Positions 1 to 13,002 of a DNA stretch of 64,000 nucleotides are shown here, piece after piece (within the stretch, counting starts at the first letter, position 1; each line of letters starts with the position of its first letter). Source of the DNA: Entomortierella parvispora E1425 (Eukaryota; Fungi; Mortierellomycota). The translations under genes were made by a program, and so were the position numbers. The stretch lies in assembly GCA_020891255.1 (NCBI GenBank), contig BQFW01000015.1, forward strand, positions 2,666,001-2,730,000, in the 5' to 3' direction. Below the pieces are notes generated by a model. That model did not search any database, was not told the origin of the DNA, and saw nothing but the letters and a program-made list of their open reading frames with translations.

Positions 1-291
1 TTGAAGGGTTGCACAAGCACCAGGGCCAGACAGCGGGAGGAGGGGTTGGATAGGGATGTCCTGTCAAAGCGTACAATACTCAGTCAGCGCCTTGTCGTCG
101 GCGAGTACCCGTCCTCGGAAGATCAACCGCTGGCGGGGGCTGGGCACTTCGAGCATGGCAGCAAGGCGCTCCTTGAGCTGGAGGACCGTCTCGGAGGGGG
201 GTAGTGAGACGGCATGGGTCTGTGATTCCAACGTCTTGACACTGAGGGTGATGGGTGCATCCTGCGGGGATGGGGAATTGTCCTCGGCCAT
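1..291 (-). CDS. N-terminal ubiquitin-like domain protein (BAG6/large proline-rich protein-like); first exon only, gene runs off the window
   Basis: ATG at 291. MAEDNSPSPQDAPITLSVKTLESQTHAVSL...QRLIFRGRVLADDKALTEY is a UBL fold of BAG6 type. GTACGC donor at 74. Confidence 0.65.
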
Positions 292-474
292 TGGAGGACA
301 AGGATAGGATTGTTGGGGATGGAAGAAAAGAAGAAAGGAAGGAAGGCAGGGGAAGGAGGGAGAAAAGAGGTACTCAGCAGAAGACAAGCGGGAGAGGGGA
401 GAGAAGGAGGGACATCAACCGAGGTGGGCGGGATCACGACAGAAGGAGAGGAGCAGCTCGACTGCAAAGAAGAA

Positions 475-575
475 AGAATAAATAAATAAATAAATAAAAT
501 GAATGAATGAATGAACGAATGAACGAATGAATGACTGCAAAGAAAGAAAGAAAGAAAGAAAGAATGAATGAATGA
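475..575. repeat. Compound microsatellite (AATA)n/(GAAT)n/(AAGA)n in the divergent promoter between the UBL gene and nicastrin
   Basis: Tetranucleotide runs are directly visible. Confidence 0.8.
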
Positions 576-951
576 TGCATGCGAATGGATCGAACCAAAC
601 ACCCGCAGTGGAACAAAGAAGAAAACGGCCGTGCTCTCCTGTGGTGGCCCTTAAGACGGCATGGATTGCATGCATGGTCCGAGTCCACACAGGGAGAGAG
701 CGTTCTTTTCTTTCTTTCTTCTTTCTTTCTCTCGTTGTCTGTTCAGTCACCTAAAGACAACATGATACCTCGACCATCCAGGACTGGGACAAGGACGGGG
801 ACAGGGACAAGGACAATGCTCAAAAGACTCGCCATCGGTCTCGCTGCCGGTAATGGTCGGTCCATCTGTCCATCTGCCTTTGTGGAATGGACCTGAAAGA
901 ATGCATTGCCCGCCCTTGTTGTTGCATGTCATCCAGGCCTGTGGGAGAAAC

Positions 952-3719
952 ATGGTCTCTGACCTTTGGACTTTTGTCTTTTTTATGTTCTGCTGGACAG
1001 CATGTGCCTTTGTTGCCGCTCAGGACTCGTACGATACCATCTACAACGATATTGGATCGCTTCCTTGCGTACGACTCTTGAATGCCACAGGGACCATTGG
1101 ATGCCAGTGTAATGTCTATCGGCTGTAACTTCGTGCAAACGAAACAAAGGATAGCAGATATACACGATCGACTAATCCAAAAGAAGGCTTCTTCTGTATA
1201 ACAGCCATGGACGCCGCCACGGGAGTTTTGTTCAGGACAGATACTCAAGATGATATCCAACAATTTGCGAGTCAGGGCGGATTGGTGTCAAAGTATACTG
1301 TGGTCATGCCATACTGGCTTTTGACAAAGTAAGCGACGACTCCTCTTTACCTTGGATAATCACGCGCTTTCCTTCGTCATTGCGACTGAAACGCTTCTTG
1401 AGTCTAACAAGTTTCTCTTATGACTCTCAGCGCCAATGTGGATCTCCTAAAGTCGTCCCACAAATTAGCCGCCATCATTGCAGTTGTCAACGGGACTGAT
1501 CCAGTCTACAGTCCTTCAGCAAGACCTACCATCAACATCTCCCCTGATACCACCTGTCCCAATTGTGAATTTGGCCTTTACTCGGACAACCCAAACCAAT
1601 ATCAATGGAACCCAACTGTAAGGATCTCCCTCAACAACAACTATGTATCTTCAATTGCCAGTTGTCACTTACCTGCCTCGATTCATTCCTTGGTAGGGCT
1701 CCGGTTTACTATACAGCCAATTTGACTTTCCCATCTACGCCCTGAATACCATGGATGTGCGAAACACAATGTCCTACAATGCGGTTATGCAGGCAGCAAA
1801 TACCAACAGGTTCAGGGGATACAACAACTTCCCACTTAAAGCTTTGCAATTCCATGCTTTCATGTGGGCAGCACAGGACGCAGGGACATGCCTTCGAAAA
1901 GGCAAGTTGACTATTGAAAATCATGAGCACACGACTACACGCGGAAATGAAAACTCAGAGGCGGCTCTAACCTGACAAGTGACTCGAATTATGAACTATT
2001 AGGCTGGTGTACACCGGTTGGAGGAGCTTCAGTATGGGCTACACCCTCGATCAATATCACTTCGACCGATAACAAGCCGATTGTTGTCATTTCTGCCGCA
2101 ATGGATTCGCGATCGTTATTCCACGACCTCACAATGGGCGTGGAGTCTTCTATATCAAGCATGGTGACACTTCTTGCCGTTGCAGAAGCTTTAAGTCGGG
2201 TATGTTTTGAAAAATTACCTGCTAAGAATGAAAGAAGGGAATGAAAATATGAGCTCGCCAGTTAATCTGCTATATACCTTTCCTTTTGTAGTCTTCGATC
2301 CCGCTGGACACGATGCCAAACCACATCTTATATACCCTTTTCACTGCTGAAGCATGGGGATTCAGTGGATCTCAAAGATTTGTACAGGACATTTCGACCA
2401 CCATTGACTGCCTTAAACCCAACGGCGCCAGTTGCACCTACCCGTTTTATTCCGACTTGGACTTTGAACGTATCAATCCTGCCAATATCCATGCTATAAT
2501 TGAAGCAGGACAAGTAGGAAGCCTTGGGCCTGCGACCCCAGGGACAGGATCAGGCCCGACGCTCTATGCTCATATCGACAACACACAGGCTGCGGCATCG
2601 ACTGCTCTTTTGGACCAGATTGTGCAGGTTGGATCAACTGTAGGAAATGTGACAGCGGCGCCTAATTCTACGGGGACCATCCAGGCCGCCAACTCGGATG
2701 GTGTCCAGCGAGGACTTCCGCCTTCGAGCTCCATGTCGTTCTTGAAAGCCCAACCTCAGATCCCTACAGTGGTCGTGACAGACTATCAAAAGGAAATGAG
2801 TCTGTTGACTAGCTCGGATTTAGATGATTCTTGGGATCCAGTCAAGACTGTGAACTCGATTCAGCTAGCGGCATCTATTATTTCGAAGACTGCTTGGCTG
2901 CAGGCTCAAGGTGTGAACAACGCGACCATGACTCCAGCCCAGCAACAGGCTATTGGGAGCATCCAGATCAATGGACAGCTTGTCTCTGATCTACTTTACT
3001 GTTTGACCCAAAACTACTCGTGCCCCCTGGTCAACAGTTATCTTAATGGTAAGACGTGGTAGCAACTGGATCTTCTTTCATTTGAACCTTCATGTCGTGC
3101 TAATCAGTGTTGCAAAATATACTCTTGTCATTTATTAGTTACGGCTTCACCCAACCCTCCGACACGACTGCCGCACTACACAGGAACGCTTTATAGTCAA
3201 TCGCAACCCTTCCCGATCTTTGCATGGAGCTTTTTGGCGAATATGACCAGAGTCCAGAATGCCACCTCGCCTCCGGTCACTGGTTGCAGCTCCAACCCAC
3301 TTGTGGTTCAGTGTGCTTCCGATCAGTATTGTGTCGGGGATCAGTGTATCTTGACCATGACGCGGTACCACGACGCCTTTGGGGTTGGTATTGCAATGGC
3401 TGAGGACAATAGCTATTATATCAAGGATGCATCTAAACCTGTCTGGGTAGAAGCAACGTAAGTTCTTGTTTCTTCTGGCTGAAGAATGAAAAAAAAAAAA
3501 AAAAAAAAATGTAAAAATGATTGCAGTGATGCTGATATTACCTCTCTTTGACCTTCAATTGCTTTTAGATGGGACCCCATCGGATTGCGTCTATTTGACG
3601 TGACCTCGCCACGATCACAAAAGGTGGAGCTGGTGGTGGGCGTACTGCTGACCGCCCTGACCATTGGATTGGTTGTGGTGTCGAAGCGGGTCATCAAAAA
3701 GACACTGAAGACAGATTAG
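952..3719 (+). CDS. NCSTN: Nicastrin (gamma-secretase subunit), multi-exon
   Basis: Signal peptide, then PCVRLLNATGTIGCQ (conserved nicastrin N-terminus), AEAWGFSGSQRF (DYIGS-equivalent motif), GLPPSSSMSFL, and a C-terminal TM helix followed by KKTLKTD* (TAG 3717-3719). Confidence 0.88.
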
Positions 3720-4155
3720 ACTGTCATATCATTATTAATTACCTGTATTCGAACCAGTCTTGCTTCTTTGAAAACAAATCCTTGAGAAAGAGCAGTGCCG
3801 AGATCGTGCGTGCGCCACCAAAAGGATGAAACTGCCATAAAAACCTCGTCTAAAAAAGAAAGGATAAATTATCTTTGGAAAAAAAAAAAAAAAAAAAAGC
3901 ACGTCCTCCCACGCGAGCTGATCTCTGTCGCGATCCTCTTTGTCCAACCCCTGTCGTTCATCCATCCACTCATTCCAGCCCATTTGCAATCATACCATTG
4001 GCGACAACGACATGATCCCGACAAAACGACAGTCGCCATTCACACGCACACGCTCCTTTCAGCCAAGTTCCAGTCGTCAGCGCATCGACACTGGTACGGC
4101 GCTGGGCTCCTCTGGCGGCCCACCCTTCTCCAAACGAACGGGATTGTCTCGGACA

Positions 4156-4322
4156 ATGTCCACCCCGTTCCAAGTGCTTAGCCCATCCATGAGCAGCACC
4201 AAGAATCCTTTTGAGAAGCTCGCTCCATCCCCAACATCCTCTCCTACCTCCGCATCCTCATCTACATTTGTCTCTGAATGTGCCTCATTACGCATTGCCG
4301 AGGACCAGGGCGAGGTAAGAGC

Positions 4323-4356
<34 letters not shown>

Positions 4357-6529
4357 TCCGAAGGAATTGGTGGCAAAAGACCATTTACTCATATTTCCTC
4401 TTGCTTTGCAAGGACGAGGCTATGGACCCCAAGAGCACCTTGAAAATGTTTTCCTTTTCGCAACCGACTCCCTCTGCGAGCACCAAGCTGCTTAAAGATG
4501 AGGATGAGGACTCGTCCTCTGAGGAAGAGCCAGAGGATGATCTGGATCAGGGCACGGATTCCGCTGTTGAACTCAAGACAGAGGCTGCCCACCCTTTGTT
4601 GGATCAAAAGCCGAGATTGCAGGAGGCCTTGGAGAGGTCTTTGGTGAGCTCCGGTTTTTCGCTGCTGGATGATCTATATCGATGAATACGCTTCTAACAC
4701 TGTGGCGTGTCCTATATATAGAGCACGAGGAGGAAACCTACAGAAGAAATAAGTGGTAATTGCAGATGCCTAGTAGGCACAATGTATGATCCTTTAGCAA
4801 CTGGAAGATCAGGCCATTAACGAATCTTGATTCGCTCGTTGATACTATTGCTTCTAGCGCCATCGACCTCCGCTTCATCAAAAAAGACACGCGGCGAACA
4901 CAAAGTAATGAAGGAATCTGTTTATAAACGAACAACATCTATCAAACAACATCTAAGTTACTGTTCACTCACAGTTCTTACCCTTTGTCTCCGGTAGTCA
5001 TCCAAAACGTTGCCAATAGACTGGACGCTGAAAACCGCCATATTTTTGACCTCGCCTGACTCATTTTCATGGTGCGATGAGGGATCAACTGCCATGGATG
5101 AGATTACGGCAATGCAGCTCTTCATGTCTGGTGTAACGAACAGCGAAGATGACTTGGCCCGCAATCGGAAAAAAACCTCGCCCAGGATTCGGCTTCTGTC
5201 GGCAATGTATCATTGGACATACCCAACAAACGCTGCGACCTCATCACAAGCTCACAGTATCAACCGATTGTTGAAAAATGCCGAGACCTTGGATGCGGCC
5301 GAAAAGATTAATGTCACAGAGATATTTTCAAGGACAGGAGAATGGTAACAGATCGTTCTGGATATGGCGGATGTATCTGCTTGGACTTGGATTGCGACTA
5401 ATATCGGCTTTATCTTGTCTGTCATAATTCAGGAGACAGTCGTTCAAGTCTGTGTACCAGATGTATCGGAACGGTGCCTGTCCTTTCTTTTATTACGTGG
5501 GATCATCATGGACTATTCTGTTTCAGCATGGATCACTCTCAACCTCCGGCGATCTTGAAGCAATTTTGACAAACTCAACGCCGGGACTTCGCAAAGTCCT
5601 GGGCGAGGAAGGTGAGATGACGATAGCCATGACAATGGCAAAAATCAGATGATTCCAAAATAAGACTCTGTTACTGAATTGCCTCCCTTTCATATAGATA
5701 TTTCATTTGTAAGGCTACCAGACGCGGGCGGTAAAACGGCCGTTCACAACTTTAGTTCCAAGCACGATCTGCAAGGGTTCGATGACGAAAACCCGGAAAC
5801 AGAGTATGTACTATGGTCATTTTGATGTTCAAGATAATCGTCTCATCATCCCCGCCGCTCGGTATTCACTTTGTTTTTCTTTTGATCGTTTGTAGATCAT
5901 CCTCATCTGGAAAATCATTCCAGCTTCCTGCCCAGCAAGAGCTCTCAAACACGCTACTCTTCCAAGGTCAGGTCGAGGTTCAAGGCCTGTTCAGCTATCT
6001 GATCAACCAGAAACTATCTTTCGAAGATGGTTTCATGTACAGCTCGCCAAGGTTGATCGCCAATGTACCTTTTCTCCATGCTGCTTTGAAGAGTAACACG
6101 GTAAGGCTACACTTGTGTTTTGATATTGCTTTGATCTTCAGAATCGACGGAATTCATCTAATTGGTGATCTCTTAAAAAAAACACAGGTCTCCAAGTGCC
6201 GACTTGTCAGCAGAAACATTGAGGGCACGGACAAGATGCAGAAGGAATATCGGATTGAGATCCAGGGCACAATTTTGCCCACGTCGACTCAGGATCTTTG
6301 CAGACTATGCTCCGACCAACAACAACCGACGGGATACAAGTTCACTGCCCAGAGTGAGTTGCGTTCACATGGACTCAATCTCAGACCGTTGTATAAGGGC
6401 CCTGGATTCGAGCAAGTGCGTAAAACGAGGAGTGCAGCACGACTATCAGAAGATTCATTTGTAGGTACAAAATCCCTGGACCAATTCAGATTTGACCACA
6501 CTTCGAGTAGTTACTCCTGGAGCACCTGA
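4156..6529 (+). CDS. DONSON: DONSON (downstream neighbour of SON / DNSN-1) homolog, multi-exon
   Basis: Motifs PIDWTLKTAIFLTSPDSFSW, FYYVGSSWTILF, STPGLRKVL, PRLIANVPFLHAAL and YRIEIQGTILP match the order and pattern of DONSON conserved blocks, as recalled. Confidence 0.78.
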
Positions 6530-6546
6530 GGCTGAGCTTCATCCCG

Positions 6547-6738
6547 TCGAAATGTCCCATTTTCTTGACTGGTTAAGGAATGGCTAAGCAGCAAGCTTAG
6601 CCTCTAAGTAATGGCTAAGCAAAATGCCATCGAAATCTTCCAGTCACCTGACTGGTTAGTTAATGGCTAAGCATCGAGCTTAGCCTCTAAGTAATGGCTA
6701 AGCAAAATGCGAAACCGAACGACGCATCGAAATCTCTA
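6547..6738. repeat. Two-copy 83-bp tandem repeat with internal palindromes
   Basis: TGACTGGTTA at 6566 and 6649. Both copies contain AATGGCTAAGC-N5-GCTTAGCCTCTAAGTAATGGCTAAGCAAAATGC. TCGAAAT at 6547, 6630 and 6728. Confidence 0.9.
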
Positions 6739-6840
6739 CTTTTTTGAATAAAAGATAAAAAATAAAAATACCCACGGTAAAAAATGGGCACGTGACGGAT
6801 CGAGTCCGTGGGCGTGGCCGTGCTTTTCACCTCAGCTCCG

Positions 6841-6860
6841 TTTCCAGAAACATCTTTTCT
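6841..6860. promoter_or_regulatory. Possible heat-shock element upstream of HSP10
   Basis: TTCcaGAA at 6842-6849 (nTTCnnGAAn), about 420 bp upstream of HSP10. Only two perfect units. Confidence 0.25.
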
Positions 6861-7265
6861 GATTCTCCACACGACATTCATTCCGCAGACCCACTCCACC
6901 ACATTCCCAAGACACAATGGTAACCTACGGTTGCGCATCTTACTTGTTAACCTGGAAGAGATGGATGCTAAGGAACAGGAACAGACATTGCGATCGCCAA
7001 GCAGGAGCAGGAGCCATGTTGGCGTAGGATGCACTCGTTGTTTTCGTTCCCCCAAGTGGAGAAAAAAAAGAGAGGTTGTGGTGGATCGACCAAGGGGCCA
7101 CCGCCCAGAGTCCCCAGTCTTCCCATCCTTTTGCCACGCTCTGTTCGTCGCACCATGGATACAGAGGCGATACGGGGGAGCAATGATCTTCGCAGACGGA
7201 ATACGCCTGAGGAACCAATTGCTAACAAAAGTTCTCCCTTCCTTTTCTGGCTCTTTTTTTAAAAA

Positions 7266-7721
7266 ATGTCTTTTGCAACTCAGGCTTCCCGCATCACAAA
7301 GTTCTCCAAGACCATCGTTCCCATGATGGATCGCGTCCTTGTCCAGCGCATCAAGCCCGAGACGGTAACGTATTCCCCTTTTCTATTTCCTTTTTTTTTT
7401 TTTTTTTGTTTGTCTGTTTGTTTGTTTGCAATACAAAATGGAAAGGAAATCAAGACTAAATGTTGCATATTTCTTGGGGGGCCACAATAGAAAACTGCCT
7501 CTGGTATCTACATCCCCGAGAAGGCTCAGGAGGCCTTGAACGAGGGATACGTCATCGCTGTTGGAAAGGGCTTGGTCACTTCCGAGGGCAAGACCATTGC
7601 GTCGGAGCTCAAGGAGGGCGACAAGGTTCTCTTGCCCCCTTATGGCGGCAACATCGTCAAGGTCGACAACGAGGAGTTGATTCTCTTCCGTGACTCTGAG
7701 ATCTTGGCCAAGATCCAATAA
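7266..7721 (+). CDS. HSP10: Mitochondrial 10 kDa chaperonin (GroES/Cpn10), 1 intron
   Basis: PMMDRVLVQRIKPET | KTASGIYIPEKAQEALNEGYVIAVGKG...GDKVLLPPYGG...LFRDSEILAKIQ*. Confidence 0.97.
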
Positions 7722-8058
7722 ATGTCTAATGGATCCCCCTTTTTTTTTTATCCTCAATTCAAAATGTCCGTCTCTTTCTCTTTTTTTTTCATTTCTGTTG
7801 ACTGGTCCAGGAACCCGGATGTGAAAGAACCAAAGCAGTTTTTTTATTCTTGGACAGAAAAAGATGGTAATAGAAATCAAGAAATATAGGGGGTTTAAAG
7901 ATACAAGAGTATATAGTCAAGTGTGGGGGGTAGGGGGTGGATTGAGTCCGTCCGGTGGGGAAGGCCGGTGGAGGAAGGAAGGGGAGGAAAAGGGTGACGA
8001 GTGGAGAAGTACACTTTGCGGGAAGGCAAAATATCAGAGCATGGAAAAAAAAAAGTCT

Positions 8059-11000
8059 CTAGAACTCGACGTGATCAGCATGTCGGTCCCAGGAGACATC
8101 GTACATGGTCTGTGGGATCTTGCTGCCTCCATCGCGGATGGCGAGGAGGACTTTAGTCTTGATGACAATAGCCGCAGCCGTATGGGTGTTCTCCATGACC
8201 CTCTCCTGCTTGATCTTGTCCCTCTTTCGAGTCTGAAGCATCTTGCGTCGAGGTCCACAGGGGGCACAGCTCAAAGAATGGGCGCCTCGCGTCCAGAACT
8301 TGAATACCTGGACCTTGATCACATCCAGGACTACACAAGCCAAGAAAGAGATTGCAAACACAGCCAAGGCCTGACCCACAGGCACCTCTGGTGTCAACCA
8401 TCCAAAGATGACCATCAACAACGCCACGACTTGGGTACCCACGATCACAGCAATGAAGGACCAAGACGGGACGGACTCCCAGAAGTAACCGGTTAATCTC
8501 GTCGAGAAGATCAGGAAATGAGGTGCGGAGGAAATGTGCAGATACATGATCGAGTCCAATCGACGATCCACATTGTCCAGCGAATCATCGGGCCAAGGGA
8601 AGTAACCTTTGACCTCCATAAAGTAATAGAAGTGGCCAAACGAGAGTCCAGTCAGGAGAAAGCCAAGGAGACAAGACAGGAAGATCAATTGGCCGACTCG
8701 CCACTTGTCCGGTTGCGATGAGATTTGGGCATTGTCGACAGCGATGACCAAGGTGGCCAAATCGTTCAGGATGCAGATCAGAATCAGGAGTTTGGCGGGC
8801 AGAGTCCAGTCGTAGATCAAAATCACGACAAAGAAAAAGATCAAAAAGTGGACGGTCGACGTGATACGATAGAGGGCGTAGGATCGCATCCGCTGGAAAA
8901 TCGCGCGCGAAGACAGGATACCATCGATAATCGTCGACAATCCTGGGGCCAAAAGAACAATGTCGGCAGCCGAACGAGCCGCATCCGTGCATCCATGAAC
9001 AGCAATACCAACATTGGCCTTTTTCAGAGCAGGCGCGTCGTTCACACCATCACCCGTCATACCGACGAGAAGACCACGTTTCTGGAGAAGGTCCACGATG
9101 TTGTACTTGTCCTCTGGCGTCACTTCTGCGAATCCATCGGATCTGTAGGCACGCTGTGAGGCCAGTTCATTGTTCACATTGGCGTTTGTCAATTGAGTTG
9201 CGGGCAAGATGACGCGGCCCATTCCCAGGCGACGCGCAACCTCCTTGGCAATAATGGTTTGGTCTCCTGTAACCATCTTGACAGTGATTCCCATGCGTTC
9301 ACAACGCTCAATCGTCTCGGCAGAATCTGGTCTTGGGGGATCCAGCATGGCAGCCAAGCCCACGAGTTGCCACTTATCCTCCGATCCCGCAACAGTGCGT
9401 GCGACACCGAGAGCACGGAGTCCTCGCTGCGCCATCACTGTATAAGCCCTGACGGCCTTCTCGTCACCACCCACCAAGTTGATAATAACTTGGGGAGCAC
9501 CCTTTGCAACCTTGAAGGTCGTTCCGTTGCTGACATCCTGAACAGTGGCGAGGGTGTGTTTGACCGCTGGGTTGAAGGGAGTGAAAGAGCTGATTTCGTA
9601 TCCGGGGACCTTGTTGAGTGCTGCTCTGTTCCTCAGGATGGGCACCTGTGTCTCTGCAGCTTGTCGGACAGCGAGCTCGATAGGATCGTTGGCACCGAAT
9701 TCGGATGCAAGGTAGGCGTACAACAGCAACTCATTGGCTCCGTATCCCTCACAGAGGTAGGGCTCATCAAAAGTGAGCTCGTTCAAAGTCAAGGTACCGG
9801 TCTTGTCAGAGCACAGAACAGAGAGCGAAGACATCTCCTCCACGGCCGCCAATCTCTTCACAATTACTTGTTTGGCAGCCAAACCACGGGCACCCACAGC
9901 CATGGTGACAGCCAACACCGTGGGCAAACCAATGGGGATGGCAGCCACAGCCAAAATCAAGACAGGACCCAAGATTTTGAGGACTTCTCCTCGCGGAGTG
10001 CCTCTGTAGGCGATGAACTGGAAGACGATAATGGCGATCACCAAGATGAGCGTGAACAGGATCAAAAAGTTGCCGATCCTGTTGATAATCTTTTGAAAGT
10101 GCCCTTCATCCTATGACATTACGAAGTGATCATGGGCCATGTCAGTCAGCAACAAGATACAAGAGAGGGTACATCATTTGCAAGTAAAATAAAAGATATA
10201 TACCTGAGTGTTGGCAATAAGATGAGCAGCCATGCCGATGTAGGTCTTGATTCCAGTCTTTGTGACGATGGCGCGCTGCTGACCTTGCTTCACGACTGTG
10301 GACGAATAGACCTCGTCTCCCTTCTTCTTTGAGGTCAGGTACGACTCTCCAGTCAAGGACGACTGATCGACCATAAAGTCGCCCGTTGTCCCTGCACCGG
10401 AAGCGTCAATGCCGAGCAAGCGCCCGTCAGCAGGGACGATATCACCCAGACGAAGCACAATCACATCTCCTGGAACCAACATGGACGACTCTAGATCATG
10501 CAGGTGTCCCTCTCGCCAGCATCGGCTCTTGAGAGCCAGGGTCTGGCGCAGTGCATCGACTGCAGATTCTGCACGTGCTTCTTCCACGTAACCGATGATG
10601 GCATTCAAGAATAAAAGTCCGAGGATGATCGAGAAGTTGAACCAGTCCTATTGTGGTTCATGTAACAACAAAAATAACAAGAGGGGCCTGTTAGTGCCAC
10701 GGCCAAGGAGGAGCGGGTAATGGGGTCCTTGTTTTTTAGACCAGCGTCGATTGTTCCGTGCTTTCTTTTTCGTGCTGGGAGGGATGCTTCCTTGATAGGG
10801 TATCATAGCGCCCAATAAGTTGACTCTGTCCCTGTGCGCCCGTTCCAAAGCTGAAATTTAATTCATTGCCGTTTGTGTCCCCAAACAACAACAACACAAT
10901 CTTGACCAGGGCCATCGTCGAATGAGAGGGGGAACCCCGCATTTGCGTTTGATGCCCTGCTGTCCTTGTCCCTCGTGGTACCCTCGCCGGCCTGTGTCTT

Positions 11001-11704
11001 CCTCGCCTTCTGTCTGAAAAACCAAAATTTGCTCTCAACTTGTGTTTGCGACCGTTTCGTGCGAGGCGGCTGTCCCTCTCATCGCTATCTCCAATGGTCC
11101 AGATTGCCATCCTCCTTGTCGTTGTCCTTCTCTTTCTGCTTTGGAAAAAATGAGATGGGAAGATGCGTGGACCCGCTGATGCGATTGCACAATATATCTT
11201 CTCCGTAGGGTTGTCCAGTACCGTACCCTAGCCTGCCCCCTTATTGGACTTTCACTCCATTTCCTTATCGCACTAGCCACACCTTTCCTGTTTGTCTCGT
11301 ATTCTTTTTTTTACCTTGACAATCGCAGAGACGATACAGGCCACTATAATCAGATAGGCAATGGGTCCCAAGAAATAGCTGAGAAACTTCTTCAGCTGAC
11401 TCGGTTTGATCTCGACCATTTCGTTTTTGCCAAAGATGGACAGTCTTCGGGCAGCCTCTTCATGTGAAAGTCCAGTGTCTGGGTTGGTCCTCAGTAGATC
11501 ATCCAGTTCCACGCCTTGCTGATCCCCATGGTGTTTTTTGTTGCCGCTGACAAGCGTGCCTCCGATTCTCCGCCGGCCCTCGTCGCGCCCGGGGCTGGAG
11601 GAGACCATATTCAGGGTCGCGTCCGAGGAGGTGGTGCTCTGGTTCAAGGTGTCATTTCCGAGCTCGTCTTTAGGGTCGTGCAGCTCGAGGTATCCACGCG
11701 CCAT
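8059..11704 (-). CDS. PMA1: Plasma-membrane P3A H+-ATPase (PMA-type), multi-exon
   Basis: GLSHEEAARRLSIFGKNE, GDIVPAD, TGES, CSDKTGTLT, KGAPQ, DPPRPDS, TGDGVNDAPALKKA, ILNDLAT. Introns at about 11314-10648 and near 10.1-10.2 kb. Confidence 0.93.
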
Positions 11705-13002
11705 CGGAGAGGAGAGCGGGGGTTGAAGAGAAGTAGGTTGAAAGAGGAAGAAGTGGTCCTGTTGTGCTTGGGAGGGGATGTCGCGTGCAAAATGAAAGAA
11801 GGAGAGCGCGTGTATGCGTTGTCCGTTTGTCAGTTGAAAGTGGAAGGGAAGGAAAGGAGAACAGTCAAGAAGAAAGGAAAAGAAAAGAGAAAAGAGAAGG
11901 AGCAAGAGGAATGAGAAGAGTGAATGGGAGGAATGTGTGTCTAACTGGAAAGAGTGAGGCGTACAGTCGTCCTTTTTTTAGTTCCAAGGCAGGAGGAAAA
12001 GGAAGAAAGGACGGAAGGACGGAAGGACAGAAGGAAGAAGAGATAAAGAAGGTCAAGAACAAAGGGCTTGCTCCCTTCTCTCTGTCCGTGCTCGACGACC
12101 ATGCCCGTGCCTTCCCCTGCCCTGCCCTGCCCTGCCCTCCATCCGTCTGATCTTCACTCTCGCTAAAAATACAGTGGTCCAAGGTCCTTCAGCATAGGGG
12201 CAGGCGCGAAATGACCACCCGTCCCTCATTTCTTGTGCCCCCTTTCTTGTTTCTTTTGTTGACGCCTTCCTCTTGTGCTCCCCACAAGCGCGCCCAATCC
12301 CGACGAAAAATAGCCCACATGTGGACCTCTTGTAGTCGGACATTTTGGCCTGCTCTCTCTTGTCTCTTTGATCTCTTGTCTAATCTGTTTTGGGCTTTGC
12401 TTGGTCTGCCTGCCCAGGCGCAGCACGCGCCAAAGAAAAAAACACACCACAGCACTGCCCTTGTTCCAAAGAAGGACACTGTCTTCCTCCCTGCAGCCAT
12501 AACCCTTTCAACCCCTCAGACTTTGACCAAATACCCTGGTATCTGCCCCTTTAACGAGAAAGTAAAGACTCTGACATGAAAGATTCGACTAATTCACCCC
12601 CTTCCTTTGCACAACATCAATTAATGTGGCACGACATATGGGTAACCGAAACTTGGAGCTGGGAAAGTAGTAGTGTGTCGGAATGCACCCTTCATTTGAG
12701 TACAAATCAGGCGTTGTGGCATGAACATGATCACCACCCTCCTTCCCATACTCGAACTGCATCCAAGATCGCACAGCACAAAAGAGCCGATAGGGCGTGT
12801 CAAAGGGACTTCTTCCGATCGTATCAGAAAATGAAAGAAAAATCCACACAATGGTCCTGCTATAGTTCAGTGTGTCCTGCAATATCAAACGTTCGCAAAT
12901 AAACATCTTCCTGAAGCATGTACACATTTGAATGTTGGTTCCATGTGGAGTCTTTAATAACAGAGTCCATGTGTTTCCTGTTTATTTTCAACGAGAAGCA
13001 AC

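Noticed and set aside
6547-6738. CRISPR-like array (palindromic repeats near a Cas12-related gene)
   Set aside because: Only two 83-bp units with homologous spacers, in a eukaryotic context and 45 kb from the RuvC gene. Kept only as a tandem repeat.
11900-12950. Several 60-120 aa ORFs upstream of the H+-ATPase
   Set aside because: Low-complexity purine/pyrimidine-rich promoter DNA with no recognisable motifs or splice-consistent gene model.
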